Source: an uncultured Candidatus Poseidoniales archaeon (lineage in GTDB: Archaea > Thermoplasmatota > Poseidoniia > Poseidoniales > CAYMED01). From it: a stretch of 64,000 nt of DNA. A program made the position numbers and the translations under genes. The stretch covers positions 1 to 64,000 of the forward strand of contig CAYMED010000003.1 in assembly GCA_964389655.1 (NCBI GenBank). The letters run 5' to 3'. Numbering within the stretch: the stretch's first letter is position 1; every line of letters begins with the position of its first letter. Under the pieces are notes generated by a model. That model was not told where the DNA came from and ran no database searches. It saw nothing but the letters and a program-made list of their open reading frames with translations. Of this stretch, positions 19,409 to 29,946 are shown in pieces.

Positions 19409-19413
19409 TAGAT

Positions 19414-20562
19414 TCAAAACAGGTCTTCATCTTCTTCGTCTACGAAAAGGCCAAGGTCATCATCATCAGCAACTTGTTTCTTTTTGTCCTTATCTTTGGC
19501 TACTTTTTCATCATCAAGGTCTGTGGATTTTTCATCGCCCCCTGTTTTAGTTTCACTAGCCTCTGATTCTGCTAGTCGAGCATTGGCTATTTCTTCTTCA
19601 CGAAGTGCAAGTTCCTCAGGCGTCATTGAGACTTGAGCTGCAAGATTTCGTCGCCGCTCATCTTTCACTTTCTTCTCAAATAACCGATGTCTAGATCGTT
19701 CGATCTGGAGGTACATGTACATCGCATCATGCTCGAGGAGAGGGGAGTCTGAGATGATTGTAACATCTAGCCAATCGCCCTCACTAACAAGGAATTGAGC
19801 AAGTGGTTCGAAATTTAAATCAGATTTGCGGATCTGCGTATAGTGAAGGGCATCCCCCATACGATGAGATACACCAGAAAAGTGACAGTAGAATTCCTTC
19901 GTCCCTATTGTCTCTCTTACTTTGTCGAATAACTCACCATAGTCTTCAGATGTTCGAAGACATCCATGCCCTCTCGCATGTATGTGGCCAAAATTGAGAA
20001 CAGGTACTGTTCCTTCAACATGGTTGACAACTTCAAGAACTTCGTCAAGATTCCCCCATAATTCTTGCCGGCCACTAGTTTCAATACCGATCTTGATGGT
20101 GTCTCGTTCTTCAAGCCAAGGGAACACCTCAATATGCTGGTCTTCTGCCCAAATTTCCTTGGCCCTCTCCACGATAGCAGCATATACGTTCGCAACCTGT
20201 TCATTGGACTCCCGTCCTCTTGGAAGTTCTCCATATGGACCAACATGAGTAGTAATGTGATGAGCATTGAGAACCTTTCCTGCTTGAAGACTAGATTCCA
20301 ACTTTGCTAGACTACGCATGCGCGTACGCTTAGTACCCAAAAAATCAGCATAATATGGCCCATGGATGTTCATCTCGAAATCAGTTTTCCAAGCTAGAAT
20401 TCCTGCCTGCCAAAACTGATCAAAGTGTTGTGGAGTTACTGTACGCACCGTCTGAATCTCCATGGTTTCAAGACCTAAATTAGTAATATCATCCATCCCT
20501 TCAACGATCGTTCTACCCTTACAAGAAAGCGGAACTCCAGCAGGCCCAAAGCGTACAGGCAT
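19414..20562 (-). CDS. archaeal endonuclease IV (TIM-barrel AP endonuclease family) with acidic C-terminal tail
   Basis: RFGPAGVP, HGPYY, ETSGR...G.LDEV, FGHIHARG.G, HFSG, ISDSPLLEHDA. Confidence 0.85.
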   Translation of the reverse strand: MPVRFGPAGVPLSCKGRTIVEGMDDITNLGLETMEIQTVRTVTPQHFDQFWQAGILAWKTDFEMNIHGPYYADFLGTKRTRMRSLAKLESSLQAGKVLNAHHITTHVGPYGELPRGRESNEQVANVYAAIVERAKEIWAEDQHIEVFPWLEERDTIKIGIETSGRQELWGNLDEVLEVVNHVEGTVPVLNFGHIHARGHGCLRTSEDYGELFDKVRETIGTKEFYCHFSGVSHRMGDALHYTQIRKSDLNFEPLAQFLVSEGDWLDVTIISDSPLLEHDAMYMYLQIERSRHRLFEKKVKDERRRNLAAQVSMTPEELALREEEIANARLAESEASETKTGGDEKSTDLDDEKVAKDKDKKKQVADDDDLGLFVDEEDEDLF

Positions 20563-20857
20563 CTGTTAAGCCCCCCCCAACCGACGGGCCGAGGAGGGAG
20601 TCGTTGAAATACCTCACCAATATATTTCGGCCTTCTCAAACTCTGACTTTCGCGCTGCAGAAAGCAGAATATATGCCAAAATCACCTATAATGAGTATAA
20701 TTTTCCAATTATAGAAAATATATTTATCATTTTTGCGAGGAAAAGTTACTTGACAATTTTTGTAGCGGAGAGCCCACACTAGAATAATTAGCAAATTGAG
20801 AAATTCGAAATATGAGGTGGGCTCTAGATATTTAACTTGAGAGAAAATGGACATCCC

Positions 20858-22792
20858 ATGGGCTATGACAAGTCGGGGCTAGAGGCAAGAACTGTGAGTT
20901 CGCTTCTCCTCGTCCTCGTGGCCTCAATGAGTATAACTACAATTCAAGCAGAGAAAATTGAAAACGCACCAATTGAGAACTATTTCGATGCAGGAGAAGA
21001 AAAGCCATCACTGATTGCCCCATATGACGGATTTGGACATTCACCCCTCAATCCTGTTTGGGGTTCTGTTGGCGAGCAACTTGGCCGAATTGTGCCAAGA
21101 ATCAATTCACCAAGTGGAACTGAACTAACATTCGAAAAACTCGACGTATCTAATGCACGAGAGATCTCAAATGCAGTTTGTAGAGAAGATGAAGGGACTG
21201 AGAGGCCGAATATGAATGGTCTTTCTGAATACATATGGCTGTGGGGACAATTCATCACCCACGAAATCGATTTCACAACAACCCAAAACGGCCGGGTTCT
21301 GGAGAATGAAACACCTGAAATAATGGAGATCCCCATCTCATATGATGACCCTTGGATGGGAGGGGCACACAATGCAAAACTGCCCCTATTTCGCTCAGTA
21401 TATGTTAGGGGCACAGGAACGAGTTTAGATTCACCTCGAGAACACCCCAACAACATCACTGCATGGATTGATGGAAGTGTGGTTTATGGGAGCAACAACA
21501 ACACAGCATCGTGGCTTCGTACATTTGAGGGGGGACGCCTAAAAATAACGGATGCTGCGAATGGTAGTTTGTTGCCGATTGCGGATTACAGCAATGATCC
21601 TGAGGCACCAGATATGTCTTTTGCTGGATTTCGATTTGACGTATCTTATGTTGCTGGTGATGCAAGGGCAAACGAGCATATCGGATTGATGGCGATGCAT
21701 GTGTTGTGGGTGCGCGAGCATAATCGCTTAGCTGAATTGATCCAAGAAAGACACAAAGATTGGCAGGATGAGGATGTTTACCAGCGTGCTAGAAAATTGG
21801 TTTCCGCTCAAATTCAATCGATTACTTACAATGAATTCCTACCTGCCATGAGTGTAGAGATGCCATCCTATAACGGATATGACTCTACAATTCAACCAAC
21901 AATGACAAATGGATTTGCCACTTTGGCATTTCGTATGGGGCACAGCCAAATCAGCAATACATCATATCAATTACAAGAAGACAGAGAACCAATCCCCGGA
22001 GGGAATATGGCCCTACATGAAACACTATTTTCCATAAATAATCTTGATGAGAATGAAGGGATCGACCCTATTTTACGTGGGCTCGCTTGGAATATTGAAC
22101 CAGATACTGACACGCGAGTGATTGATGGCCTTCGGAATATGATGTTTGGGCGCCCCGGAGCAGGAGGTCAGGACATGTGTGCAATTGACATACAGCGTGG
22201 ACGTGATCATGGGATACCTGATTACAATACCTACCGGAATTCTTCGCTAATTGACCTACCATCTGCTGTGAATTGGTCCGATATTACAAGTGACCTCGAA
22301 TTACAAAGGCAGTTAGCTAGCGTCTACAATACGCCTGACCAAATGGATGCACTAATTGGAATGCTTGCCGAAGATCGTGAGAAGGGGAAAGAAGTAGGGC
22401 CTTCATTAGAAGCAATTCTCTCGGACCAATTCCATCGCCTCCGCGTTTCAGACCCACTATTCTATTTGGCAGATTCAGAACTCGCGGGGGTTCGTGAAAG
22501 TATTAGTGACACACGACTTGCTGATGTCATTCTTCGAAACACCAATATCCGAATTATCCAATGTGATGTGTTCTTCGCCGAGAAAGACCTTGACGAACTT
22601 GATTGTGCATCGCCACTCCCTGAGCCGACATACTCAAGCCGAGATGAAAAGGTAGAAGAAAAGGGGATCTCATGGGCAGTTGTGCTGACGTCCATCACGA
22701 TTATTCTAATTGCTATTGCTGGATCTCAAGTGATTGTACGCCACAAAATGAGGGAAAAGAAGTTCGACCAGATTTGGCGCGAAGAAGAATAG
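20858..22792 (+). CDS. animal-type heme peroxidase (peroxidase-cyclooxygenase superfamily), secreted and C-terminally anchored
   Basis: WGQFITHEID (distal His), WIDGSVVYG, GDARANEH, W.REHNR, FRMGHS (proximal His), IDIQRGRDHG; signal peptide and C-terminal TM. Confidence 0.9.
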   Translation: MGYDKSGLEARTVSSLLLVLVASMSITTIQAEKIENAPIENYFDAGEEKPSLIAPYDGFGHSPLNPVWGSVGEQLGRIVPRINSPSGTELTFEKLDVSNAREISNAVCREDEGTERPNMNGLSEYIWLWGQFITHEIDFTTTQNGRVLENETPEIMEIPISYDDPWMGGAHNAKLPLFRSVYVRGTGTSLDSPREHPNNITAWIDGSVVYGSNNNTASWLRTFEGGRLKITDAANGSLLPIADYSNDPEAPDMSFAGFRFDVSYVAGDARANEHIGLMAMHVLWVREHNRLAELIQERHKDWQDEDVYQRARKLVSAQIQSITYNEFLPAMSVEMPSYNGYDSTIQPTMTNGFATLAFRMGHSQISNTSYQLQEDREPIPGGNMALHETLFSINNLDENEGIDPILRGLAWNIEPDTDTRVIDGLRNMMFGRPGAGGQDMCAIDIQRGRDHGIPDYNTYRNSSLIDLPSAVNWSDITSDLELQRQLASVYNTPDQMDALIGMLAEDREKGKEVGPSLEAILSDQFHRLRVSDPLFYLADSELAGVRESISDTRLADVILRNTNIRIIQCDVFFAEKDLDELDCASPLPEPTYSSRDEKVEEKGISWAVVLTSITIILIAIAGSQVIVRHKMREKKFDQIWREEE

Positions 22793-22829
22793 CCTGTGCC
22801 CCATATTTTTAAATTGAAAAATTGAGTTA

Positions 22830-23525
22830 TCATGATTTCTTCTCAGTATCAACATCCGCCATTGACCGTGCAGTTTCGACCGCACCATCAGGATAGAATG
22901 TAAATTCTGGAACTTCTTCGGGAAGAATACGATCCAGTTCTACGATCATTCTTCGGAACACCTCTGATTTTGTTGTCGAAGCAACCCAGTCTACGAACCA
23001 GTCAGATTGCGTTTTGACTTTATCATCACCAGGGGATAACAATGCCATGATTTGTGCAAGTTGTCCGATAATCATTGAATCACGGGGAGTTAACTGATAT
23101 GTTGCGAAAGGATTACGCTCAATCATCACATTTTGATGCTCCTTCCATAGGGCAAACACATTGTCATAAAACCAGCCAATCATTAAGACAAATACGCCCA
23201 CCCCAATAAATAAAGAGAGCATGGTAATATACGAATATGGAATACCATACCATTTTGCATTGGCATCCCATCGGTGCTCAATACGAGCAAAGATCAGCAA
23301 AGAAAGGGTCGTTGCCCAAAAAAATAGTGAGATGATCGTTTGAGATTGTTGGGCACGCCAAAATTGGCGCATGAACCATTTTTTGAAGCCACGCAATTCT
23401 GGCTGCTCGTCTGATGCGACCTCGTTAGTATCCGACACAGTGCCGGTTCTCAAGTATTCATCTATCACCCATTCGGTTCTTTGGACAAAATTGTGGCGAT
23501 GTTGAAGAGATTCTTGCCTCGCCAA
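22830..23525 (-). CDS. hypothetical membrane protein (2 TM)
   Basis: Long ORF with two hydrophobic helices, co-oriented downstream of rpoK. Confidence 0.7.
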   Translation of the reverse strand: MARQESLQHRHNFVQRTEWVIDEYLRTGTVSDTNEVASDEQPELRGFKKWFMRQFWRAQQSQTIISLFFWATTLSLLIFARIEHRWDANAKWYGIPYSYITMLSLFIGVGVFVLMIGWFYDNVFALWKEHQNVMIERNPFATYQLTPRDSMIIGQLAQIMALLSPGDDKVKTQSDWFVDWVASTTKSEVFRRMIVELDRILPEEVPEFTFYPDGAVETARSMADVDTEKKS

Positions 23526-23542
23526 AGCAATGCTGATAATAT

Positions 23543-23797
23543 CTAGTCTAGGTGAGGGTCAATATCTATTGGGATAAGGTGCCGGTCATATTCTAAGGTG
23601 GCTATTTTCAGAGGATCGAGTACAAAGCGGACATTCACTTCATCAACACCATAGAGAGCAATCAGTTCATCTCGGAATGCGTCTCTCAATTCATCTTCTG
23701 TGACATTCAAGGGAGCACCCATGCCAATTTGTAATGCACGGGCACCAATAATGCGGGCCTTTTCAAACCGAGTATGTGTTCGTACGGGCTTGACCAT
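23543..23797 (-). CDS. rpoK: DNA-directed RNA polymerase subunit K (Rpo6)
   Basis: [21 protein letters not shown] signature. Confidence 0.95.
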   Translation of the reverse strand: MVKPVRTHTRFEKARIIGARALQIGMGAPLNVTEDELRDAFRDELIALYGVDEVNVRFVLDPLKIATLEYDRHLIPIDIDPHLD

Positions 23798-23900
23798 TGC
23801 AATCTCCGATCCCGCTCCACAGACGTCCTCTATATGACCCTACCCATCTTTACCATGTTAGGCCATTCTTTGATCAACGGGTATGCGTTCCGCTTTACTC

Positions 23901-24902
23901 ATGGGCAGGATGAATATGCGATGGCTACCCCTTGGGCTAGCTATTGCCGCTTTTCTGATTGTCATTACTGGAGGATGGATTCGGATTTCCGAGGCAGGGG
24001 AGAGTTGTCCTGAATGGCCAACTTGCTTTGGAAGAGTTCACCCTTTTGTATCTGCAGAGGAACAAGCAGATTGGTGGAGCGAACATCCAAATGAAACGGA
24101 TTCAAGGGGAATCGGACATAGATATTCTACAAGCCAAATATTTAGTGAATGGTTCCACAGATTGTTGGTTTTAGCAATAACCCCACCTCTTTTGGCAATG
24201 CTATTTTTGAGTCGATCCCTGAAAGGTGAAAGTGGGCTGATGGCTCAAAAAATGAGCATATGGGCAACTCTTTTGCTCGGTATACAAGCAGGTGCTGGTT
24301 ATGTTACTGTTGAGATGGATAATGAGCCTTGGACCGTTGCACTGCACCTTTTGCTTTCTCAAACATTCATTGCAATTCTTCTTGCCACATGGATTAATTG
24401 GAGTGCGGCAGTTGAGTGCCCAAATACCGCGGTATTTCGTGAAGCCGGAAACATCAATCAAAAGTATGCTTGGATCATCAGCGCGTCGATCTTTATTGTG
24501 CTTGGACTAGGAGCTCTTGTCTCTAAAAGTTCGGCTTATGCCGCTTGCGGCGTTGGTTTGTGGACATCATGGCCGCTGTGCAATGGAAGCCTACTCCCAT
24601 CTTTTGAGGAATCCGAAATAATTCTTCAATTCCTTCATCGATTCGCAGTCCTAGTCGTAGGAATCACACTCATTTTGACTTGGAGAAAAACCTCAAATTC
24701 AAAAAATGGACTTATTAAAACTGGAACAATTCTCTATATTGGAAATGCTCTTCTCGCAGCACTCTTCCTTGTATTAGCAAAATCGGGTTATCCTTCAGAA
24801 GTCAGTTTACTGCATCTCATCATTGGCGCTGCGGCCCTTCAATGTTGGATTCTAATTTCGATCTGCAAAGCATTCCCCCTTAACCCTCTAGAAAATGAAT
24901 AA
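23901..24902 (+). CDS. ctaA: heme A synthase (COX15/CtaA)
   Basis: GG..R..EAGESCPEWPTC, EWFHR, second C...WPLC, FLHR, LLHL; start may be 23883-23916. Confidence 0.9.
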   Translation: MGRMNMRWLPLGLAIAAFLIVITGGWIRISEAGESCPEWPTCFGRVHPFVSAEEQADWWSEHPNETDSRGIGHRYSTSQIFSEWFHRLLVLAITPPLLAMLFLSRSLKGESGLMAQKMSIWATLLLGIQAGAGYVTVEMDNEPWTVALHLLLSQTFIAILLATWINWSAAVECPNTAVFREAGNINQKYAWIISASIFIVLGLGALVSKSSAYAACGVGLWTSWPLCNGSLLPSFEESEIILQFLHRFAVLVVGITLILTWRKTSNSKNGLIKTGTILYIGNALLAALFLVLAKSGYPSEVSLLHLIIGAAALQCWILISICKAFPLNPLENE

Positions 24903-25965
24903 ACTGGAACCCATCATGTGTACTGTTCAAGAACTTCCTCATCAGGCCAAGGGTGTGCAGATATTGACTCACATAGACGAGAAGCCTAGCACAATTTCCA
25001 TATTTTCCCGTCTAATGAAACTTCGAGTGGTATTTTTGCTTCAGGTTACCGCGATCTGTGCGATCCTAGTTCATGACATCTTAGTCAGATACAATTCAAT
25101 ATCTGGTGAACGTAGTTGGGTACAAACATGGTGGACGATAATGATCACAGTTATTGGTGGAACATTAGCTGCTGGCGGCTCAAATGCCATCAACATGTGG
25201 TATGATCAAGACATTGATCGGCTCATGACACGTACATCCAAACGACCAATACCAATGGGCTGGGTTAGCCCATCTACCGCCCTTATATTTGGCATCAGCA
25301 TTTCCATCATCGGCTCATCAGTATTCCTATTATTACACTGGAAAGCTGCATTTTGGAGTTTCTTTTCTGTTTTCTTTTACGTTTTTATTTATTCCATTTG
25401 GCTCAAAAGGCGAACCCCCCAGAATATCGTTATTGGAGGAGTTGCAGGTGCAACACCCCCGATGATTGGTTGGGCTGCCGCTGCATCCGCTTCATTAGAT
25501 GGATGGAATCCACTTGATCTAGGTTCACCAGTACCTTGGATGTTGTTTTTGCTCATCTTTCTTTGGACACCGCCTCACTTTTGGGCACTGGCGCTGTACC
25601 GTTCAGGTGAATATGCTAAAGCAAATGTTCCAATGATGAACGAGGTAAAGGGAGCAGAAAGGACGATCAGAGAATCAAAGTTATACTGTATCCTTCTATT
25701 CATGCTAGGTGCAGTTCCTTTCTATTGGCCGGAATCAGGTTTGCCGTTACTTTGGTCATTTTTCGCAACTGGGCTGACATTGTGGTATTCAATCTCAGTG
25801 TGGGCTATTGATCCCTCTGAACCATTTGATGATAAAGGCCGCATGCCAAAAGCGGCTAAATCATTCTTCAGGTCACTGTATTATCTAGGGTGGATGTTTG
25901 TGGGATTAGTAGCGTGCGTGATGATTCCACCTAGTTGGTTAGGGCCCTTTGGAATCCTAAGTTAA
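24895..25965 (+). CDS. ctaB: protoheme IX farnesyltransferase (heme O synthase)
   Basis: NMWYDQDID.LM.RT..RP, LKRRTPQNIVIGG.AGA.PP, FLWTPPHFWAL. Confidence 0.93.
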   Translation: MNKLEPIMCTVQELPHQAKGVQILTHIDEKPSTISIFSRLMKLRVVFLLQVTAICAILVHDILVRYNSISGERSWVQTWWTIMITVIGGTLAAGGSNAINMWYDQDIDRLMTRTSKRPIPMGWVSPSTALIFGISISIIGSSVFLLLHWKAAFWSFFSVFFYVFIYSIWLKRRTPQNIVIGGVAGATPPMIGWAAAASASLDGWNPLDLGSPVPWMLFLLIFLWTPPHFWALALYRSGEYAKANVPMMNEVKGAERTIRESKLYCILLFMLGAVPFYWPESGLPLLWSFFATGLTLWYSISVWAIDPSEPFDDKGRMPKAAKSFFRSLYYLGWMFVGLVACVMIPPSWLGPFGILS

Positions 25966-26044
25966 GGTCCCGTATTCTGCCTTGAATGCGGGGGAAAAGC
26001 ATCGCTGATTTGATAGGCTCAAGTCGTTTGAGAGAGATGATCCT

Positions 26045-27301
26045 ATGAAAAGTGAGGACCTGATCCATGATTGGAACCTTAGAAACAGGAAGTTTGAGCG
26101 TGACGAGAGCAACCACCCCCATCCCATTTGGTTTGATGATGAAACATTGAGGGATGGGCTGCAGAGCCCTTCTGCTCGAAATCCGACGATTGAACAAAAA
26201 ATTGAACTCCTCGATTTTATGGAAAAGCTAGGAATTCAAAAAGTGGACCTTGGACTTCCTGGTGCGGGTCCGTTTCACTTAAATCACATCGATTCCATGT
26301 TATCACACATCACAGAAAATGGTTACCAGATTCGACCTGGATGTGCAGTTCGTACCGTCATTAGCGATATTGAACCACTTGTTGAATTGCAAGCCAAGCA
26401 CGAAATGCAGATTCAAGCCAGTGCATTTCTAGGCACCAGCCCCATCCGCCAATATGCTGAAGGATGGACATTAGATCGACTTCTATCCACAATGGAAAAA
26501 GCTGTGGGATTTGCAGTTGAACAAGACATCCCGGTGATGTTTGTAACTGAAGACACCACGCGATCATCCCCCAAGGATATCAAAACAATTTACACGCGAG
26601 CAATTGAATTAGGGGCAGACCGTATTTGTGTTTGCGATACTTGTGGACATGTAACACCACAAGGAACTAGAAACCTGCTTGAATATATCCAAAATGAGGT
26701 CATTCCCGATGCTGGAGTAAAACGCAGAGAGATAGAAATAAATTGGCATGGACATCAAGATAGAGGATTAGGTGTTGCCAATAACCTCGCAGCTGTAGAA
26801 AGTGGTGCTGATGTCATTCATGGAACGGCACTCGGCGTGGGAGAACGTGCAGGAAATGCCCCTCTAGATCAAACGTTGGTAAACCTCAGTTTGATGGGAT
26901 TGATTGACAATGATCTCTCTTTGCTTAATGAATATACAAGAAAGGCGCATGAATATGTGGAAGTTGCTTTGCCAAGAAATTATCCAGTATTCGGGGAAGA
27001 TGCATTTGAAACTGGAACTGGAGTGCATGCATCTGCAGTGATCAAGGCGATGAGGAAAGGAGATGAATGGCTAGCAGATCGCGTATATAGTGGCGTCCCG
27101 GCATCAGATTATGGTTTACAACAAAAAATCAGGATTGGCCACATGAGTGGAAGGTCAAACATCATTTGGTGGCTAGAGGAACGCGGATACGAAGCCTCTG
27201 ATGAATTGGTAGCTCATGTATTTGATATTGCTAAAGAACAACAAAAATTGATGCTGGATGGAGAGATAGAGGACGCCGTAACTGGTTTCCTTTCTTCCTG
27301 A
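26045..27301 (+). CDS. DRE-TIM acyltransferase (2-isopropylmalate/homocitrate/citramalate synthase family) without C-terminal regulatory domain
   Basis: DETLRDGLQ, HGHQDRGL..AN, GERAGNA, G.HASA, GHMSGRSN. Confidence 0.85.
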   Translation: MKSEDLIHDWNLRNRKFERDESNHPHPIWFDDETLRDGLQSPSARNPTIEQKIELLDFMEKLGIQKVDLGLPGAGPFHLNHIDSMLSHITENGYQIRPGCAVRTVISDIEPLVELQAKHEMQIQASAFLGTSPIRQYAEGWTLDRLLSTMEKAVGFAVEQDIPVMFVTEDTTRSSPKDIKTIYTRAIELGADRICVCDTCGHVTPQGTRNLLEYIQNEVIPDAGVKRREIEINWHGHQDRGLGVANNLAAVESGADVIHGTALGVGERAGNAPLDQTLVNLSLMGLIDNDLSLLNEYTRKAHEYVEVALPRNYPVFGEDAFETGTGVHASAVIKAMRKGDEWLADRVYSGVPASDYGLQQKIRIGHMSGRSNIIWWLEERGYEASDELVAHVFDIAKEQQKLMLDGEIEDAVTGFLSS

Positions 27302-28627
27302 TCAGCCATCAGGTTCTTCCTGCAATTGCCATTCACCATCTACACTACCACCTTCCCATGTACCTGAAATTTCAATTTCATCGACCTCTTCTTCTTTCCT
27401 CCATGGTGGTGAATCGCTTGTACCCGTAAGTAGCAAGCATCCATCATCATTTGTCTGTCGACGAACCAGTTCAAAATGGCGTTCAAGTTCCAAAATATGC
27501 ATCAAGGGAGATCCCGCGTGGACAAAAGGATTAGTTCGCATACCAATAACTAACCCACGACATGGGGAAATGACATCTTCACGTCCTCCTGGATGTTGCG
27601 GATCAGATATACGACCGAGCAGTTGGCCCGCTTCCACAAGGGACCCAGAACTAACAGTAAGATCAATCAGGCCACCTTCATTCGATCGAATCCATCTGGA
27701 TCCTGATGCAAGCAAGCGGAAAGCAGGCCTTTCTGGCTGGCCGGGAATGACATGCAGGCTCCGGAGAACATTGAGGACACCATGAACTGCATGTTGTATT
27801 GCATCTGCATCGAGTGAATTTGCACCGCCACCCTCATAAACGACGGAAGCGATTCCTTTTGATGTCGCTAAGTGCCTTAACGAGCCTTTTACGCCAGGTG
27901 AATCAAGAATTACCTCGAGACCAAATGCCTTAGCGACTCGGCTACTTTCTGGGTGAGCAAGATCGGCCCGAATTTGGGGGAGATTTGTACGGCCTCTTGC
28001 TGCAGAATGGAGGTCTATGAGGACATTGGTTTTGCGCAATATCCGCTTATAGATGCGATGAGCAACTCGACGAGTAGTAGACCCTTCTGCCGTGCCCGGA
28101 AATTCACGGTTTAGATCTCGACCATCGGGGAAATATCGATCTCGCGTGCGATAACCGGGCGGGTTTAGAACTGGAACAATCCGCAAAGTTCCTGCCATCT
28201 TTGCAGGATCAAGTGGGCGACCTTCACCACAAAGAATGGGTTGAGTCAGGTATGTTGAAGCAATGGGCCCAGTGAGTTCATCCCCATGAACACCACCTGT
28301 GATTGTTACTAAAGGCCCTGGGCGGGCCCCATGGATAATGGTTACTGGAGTTGGCCATTTATCCCCTAAAGTTACATCCAACAATGGAAAATCGATGGTT
28401 CGGATGCATCCAGGATTAATGCGGCGCCTATGGAAGCGATGAGGTTCTTGCCCAGTTGCGCGGTCCCATTCTGGCCGCATTTTACGTGGATGCTCTTTGG
28501 CCGCTGCTTTGATGGCTTTTCGTCTCTTTTGAGGCATTTCATAAGCGACTTTCAGCTTTTTCGCCGGCTTTAATCGCTCACCATCAGCACTCAGATCATT
28601 AGATTTGATCTCAGAATCCTTTTCCAT
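27302..28627 (-). CDS. succinylglutamate desuccinylase/aspartoacylase family (M14) protein
   Basis: HGDELTG, DLNREFPG, IDLHS, YEGG and C-terminal barrel-sandwich domain. Confidence 0.88.
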   Translation of the reverse strand: MEKDSEIKSNDLSADGERLKPAKKLKVAYEMPQKRRKAIKAAAKEHPRKMRPEWDRATGQEPHRFHRRRINPGCIRTIDFPLLDVTLGDKWPTPVTIIHGARPGPLVTITGGVHGDELTGPIASTYLTQPILCGEGRPLDPAKMAGTLRIVPVLNPPGYRTRDRYFPDGRDLNREFPGTAEGSTTRRVAHRIYKRILRKTNVLIDLHSAARGRTNLPQIRADLAHPESSRVAKAFGLEVILDSPGVKGSLRHLATSKGIASVVYEGGGANSLDADAIQHAVHGVLNVLRSLHVIPGQPERPAFRLLASGSRWIRSNEGGLIDLTVSSGSLVEAGQLLGRISDPQHPGGREDVISPCRGLVIGMRTNPFVHAGSPLMHILELERHFELVRRQTNDDGCLLLTGTSDSPPWRKEEEVDEIEISGTWEGGSVDGEWQLQEEPDG

Positions 28628-28636
28628 AGATAAGCC

Positions 28637-29113
28637 TCATTCCCATCGATGATATGCAGGATGACCTTCGCGAACTGCAACAAAAAGGCCATCACCTTCA
28701 GCACAAATTTGTCCATTTGCCTCAATCCACATATTGACATTGACTTTCTTACCATCAACTCCAGTGACCTCTGAACGGATAAGTAAGTCAACATCCACAG
28801 GAGTTGGGCGCTTAAGCCGGATCGAATACTGAGCAGTAACTGTACATGGAGGGTGAGTTAAAGCATCCATCTCCATCAATGCCATAGCTGCAGACCAATT
28901 CCCATGGCAATCGAGCAAAGTACCAATGATGCCCCCATTGACCATTCCTGGGAAGGCTTGATGATGTAGACTGGGGGAAAACCTTGCTTCAAGACCATTC
29001 TCCCAGCGAAAACTACTGATTTGTAAGCCATTCATATTTGCCGGACCACAGCCAAAGCAGATAGAATTGGGAGCATAGCGCCGTTGAACCCCGGTCCCGT
29101 CATGTCCCGACAT
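28637..29113 (-). CDS. PaaI-family (hotdog) thioesterase
   Basis: CFGCGP.N..GL, NGGIIGTLLDCH, TA......PTP. Confidence 0.85.
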   Translation of the reverse strand: MSGHDGTGVQRRYAPNSICFGCGPANMNGLQISSFRWENGLEARFSPSLHHQAFPGMVNGGIIGTLLDCHGNWSAAMALMEMDALTHPPCTVTAQYSIRLKRPTPVDVDLLIRSEVTGVDGKKVNVNMWIEANGQICAEGDGLFVAVREGHPAYHRWE

Positions 29114-29156
29114 ACCCTGTGCTAAGCGAAGGATGACCTTCAATCTGCGGTATCAT

Positions 29157-29831
29157 TCAATCAATTGAACCTAAAATCGAATCAAGTAATTCCATCTCAG
29201 TATCATCGATCTTTCCATCATCAAGAGCCTTCTGAATGGATTCTTTATCCTCATCAGATAGGCCTGCTTTACCTGCTGCATCGAGAATCAAGACAAGTTC
29301 TGCCTGATTGACCGTACCATCTTTAATTGCCGCATTGATCGCACCACGTGTGGCAATCTTTGCTGCGTCTTCATCCGAAAGTTGGAGGGCTTCTTGGAGG
29401 GACTTAAGTTCAGATAATTCATCATCAGTCAAAACCCCATCGGAATAGGCCTCTTCATAAGCCTCAAGCAAGAATTTTCGGTATTGATCTTGGTGGAGTA
29501 AAACATCCCGGATCAACCCATAATCGATGCTTCCCTGTCGGTTGGATGCTTCTAGCCGTACGATTGATTCACGAACTTCTTTGACCGCCATGTCCTTGAG
29601 GCCATGAGCGGCAAGCAGCAGGCCCATGATGGTGACGCCTGAAGCAATCCACTGCATAACGGACGCTTCGATGAATGTGTCGCCAGAACTGCCAGTTACA
29701 TTCGCCAGCTGCCAAAGCCCAAATAGTGCGATGAAACCACCAATGAAAATCTCGGCCCAATCGTCAAAATCTGCCTCATCATCGAAGATTGCCAATCGCT
29801 CCTCGACGCTCGCTTCGGTTTCTTCACTCAT
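29157..29831 (-). CDS. membrane protein with repeated TerB-like (DG.L...E) helical units
   Basis: Two TM helices then AYSDGVLTDDEL, AIKDGTVNQAEL, ALDDGKIDDTEM repeats. Confidence 0.7.
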   Translation of the reverse strand: MSEETEASVEERLAIFDDEADFDDWAEIFIGGFIALFGLWQLANVTGSSGDTFIEASVMQWIASGVTIMGLLLAAHGLKDMAVKEVRESIVRLEASNRQGSIDYGLIRDVLLHQDQYRKFLLEAYEEAYSDGVLTDDELSELKSLQEALQLSDEDAAKIATRGAINAAIKDGTVNQAELVLILDAAGKAGLSDEDKESIQKALDDGKIDDTEMELLDSILGSID

Positions 29832-29946
29832 GGGATCAGACCTGACAACACACACCCCACCTTATTCCTATCGACTCCAAATAAGGGGGGAATCATGACT
29901 AGGAACTCCGTTATCCTCTTGGACGATCGATCGCCGAAGGCAATTC

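Noticed and set aside
20600-20850. Replication origin
   Set aside because: No ORB-like TCCA..GAAA..GGGG boxes or adjacent cdc6/orc1; kept only as a low-interest spacer
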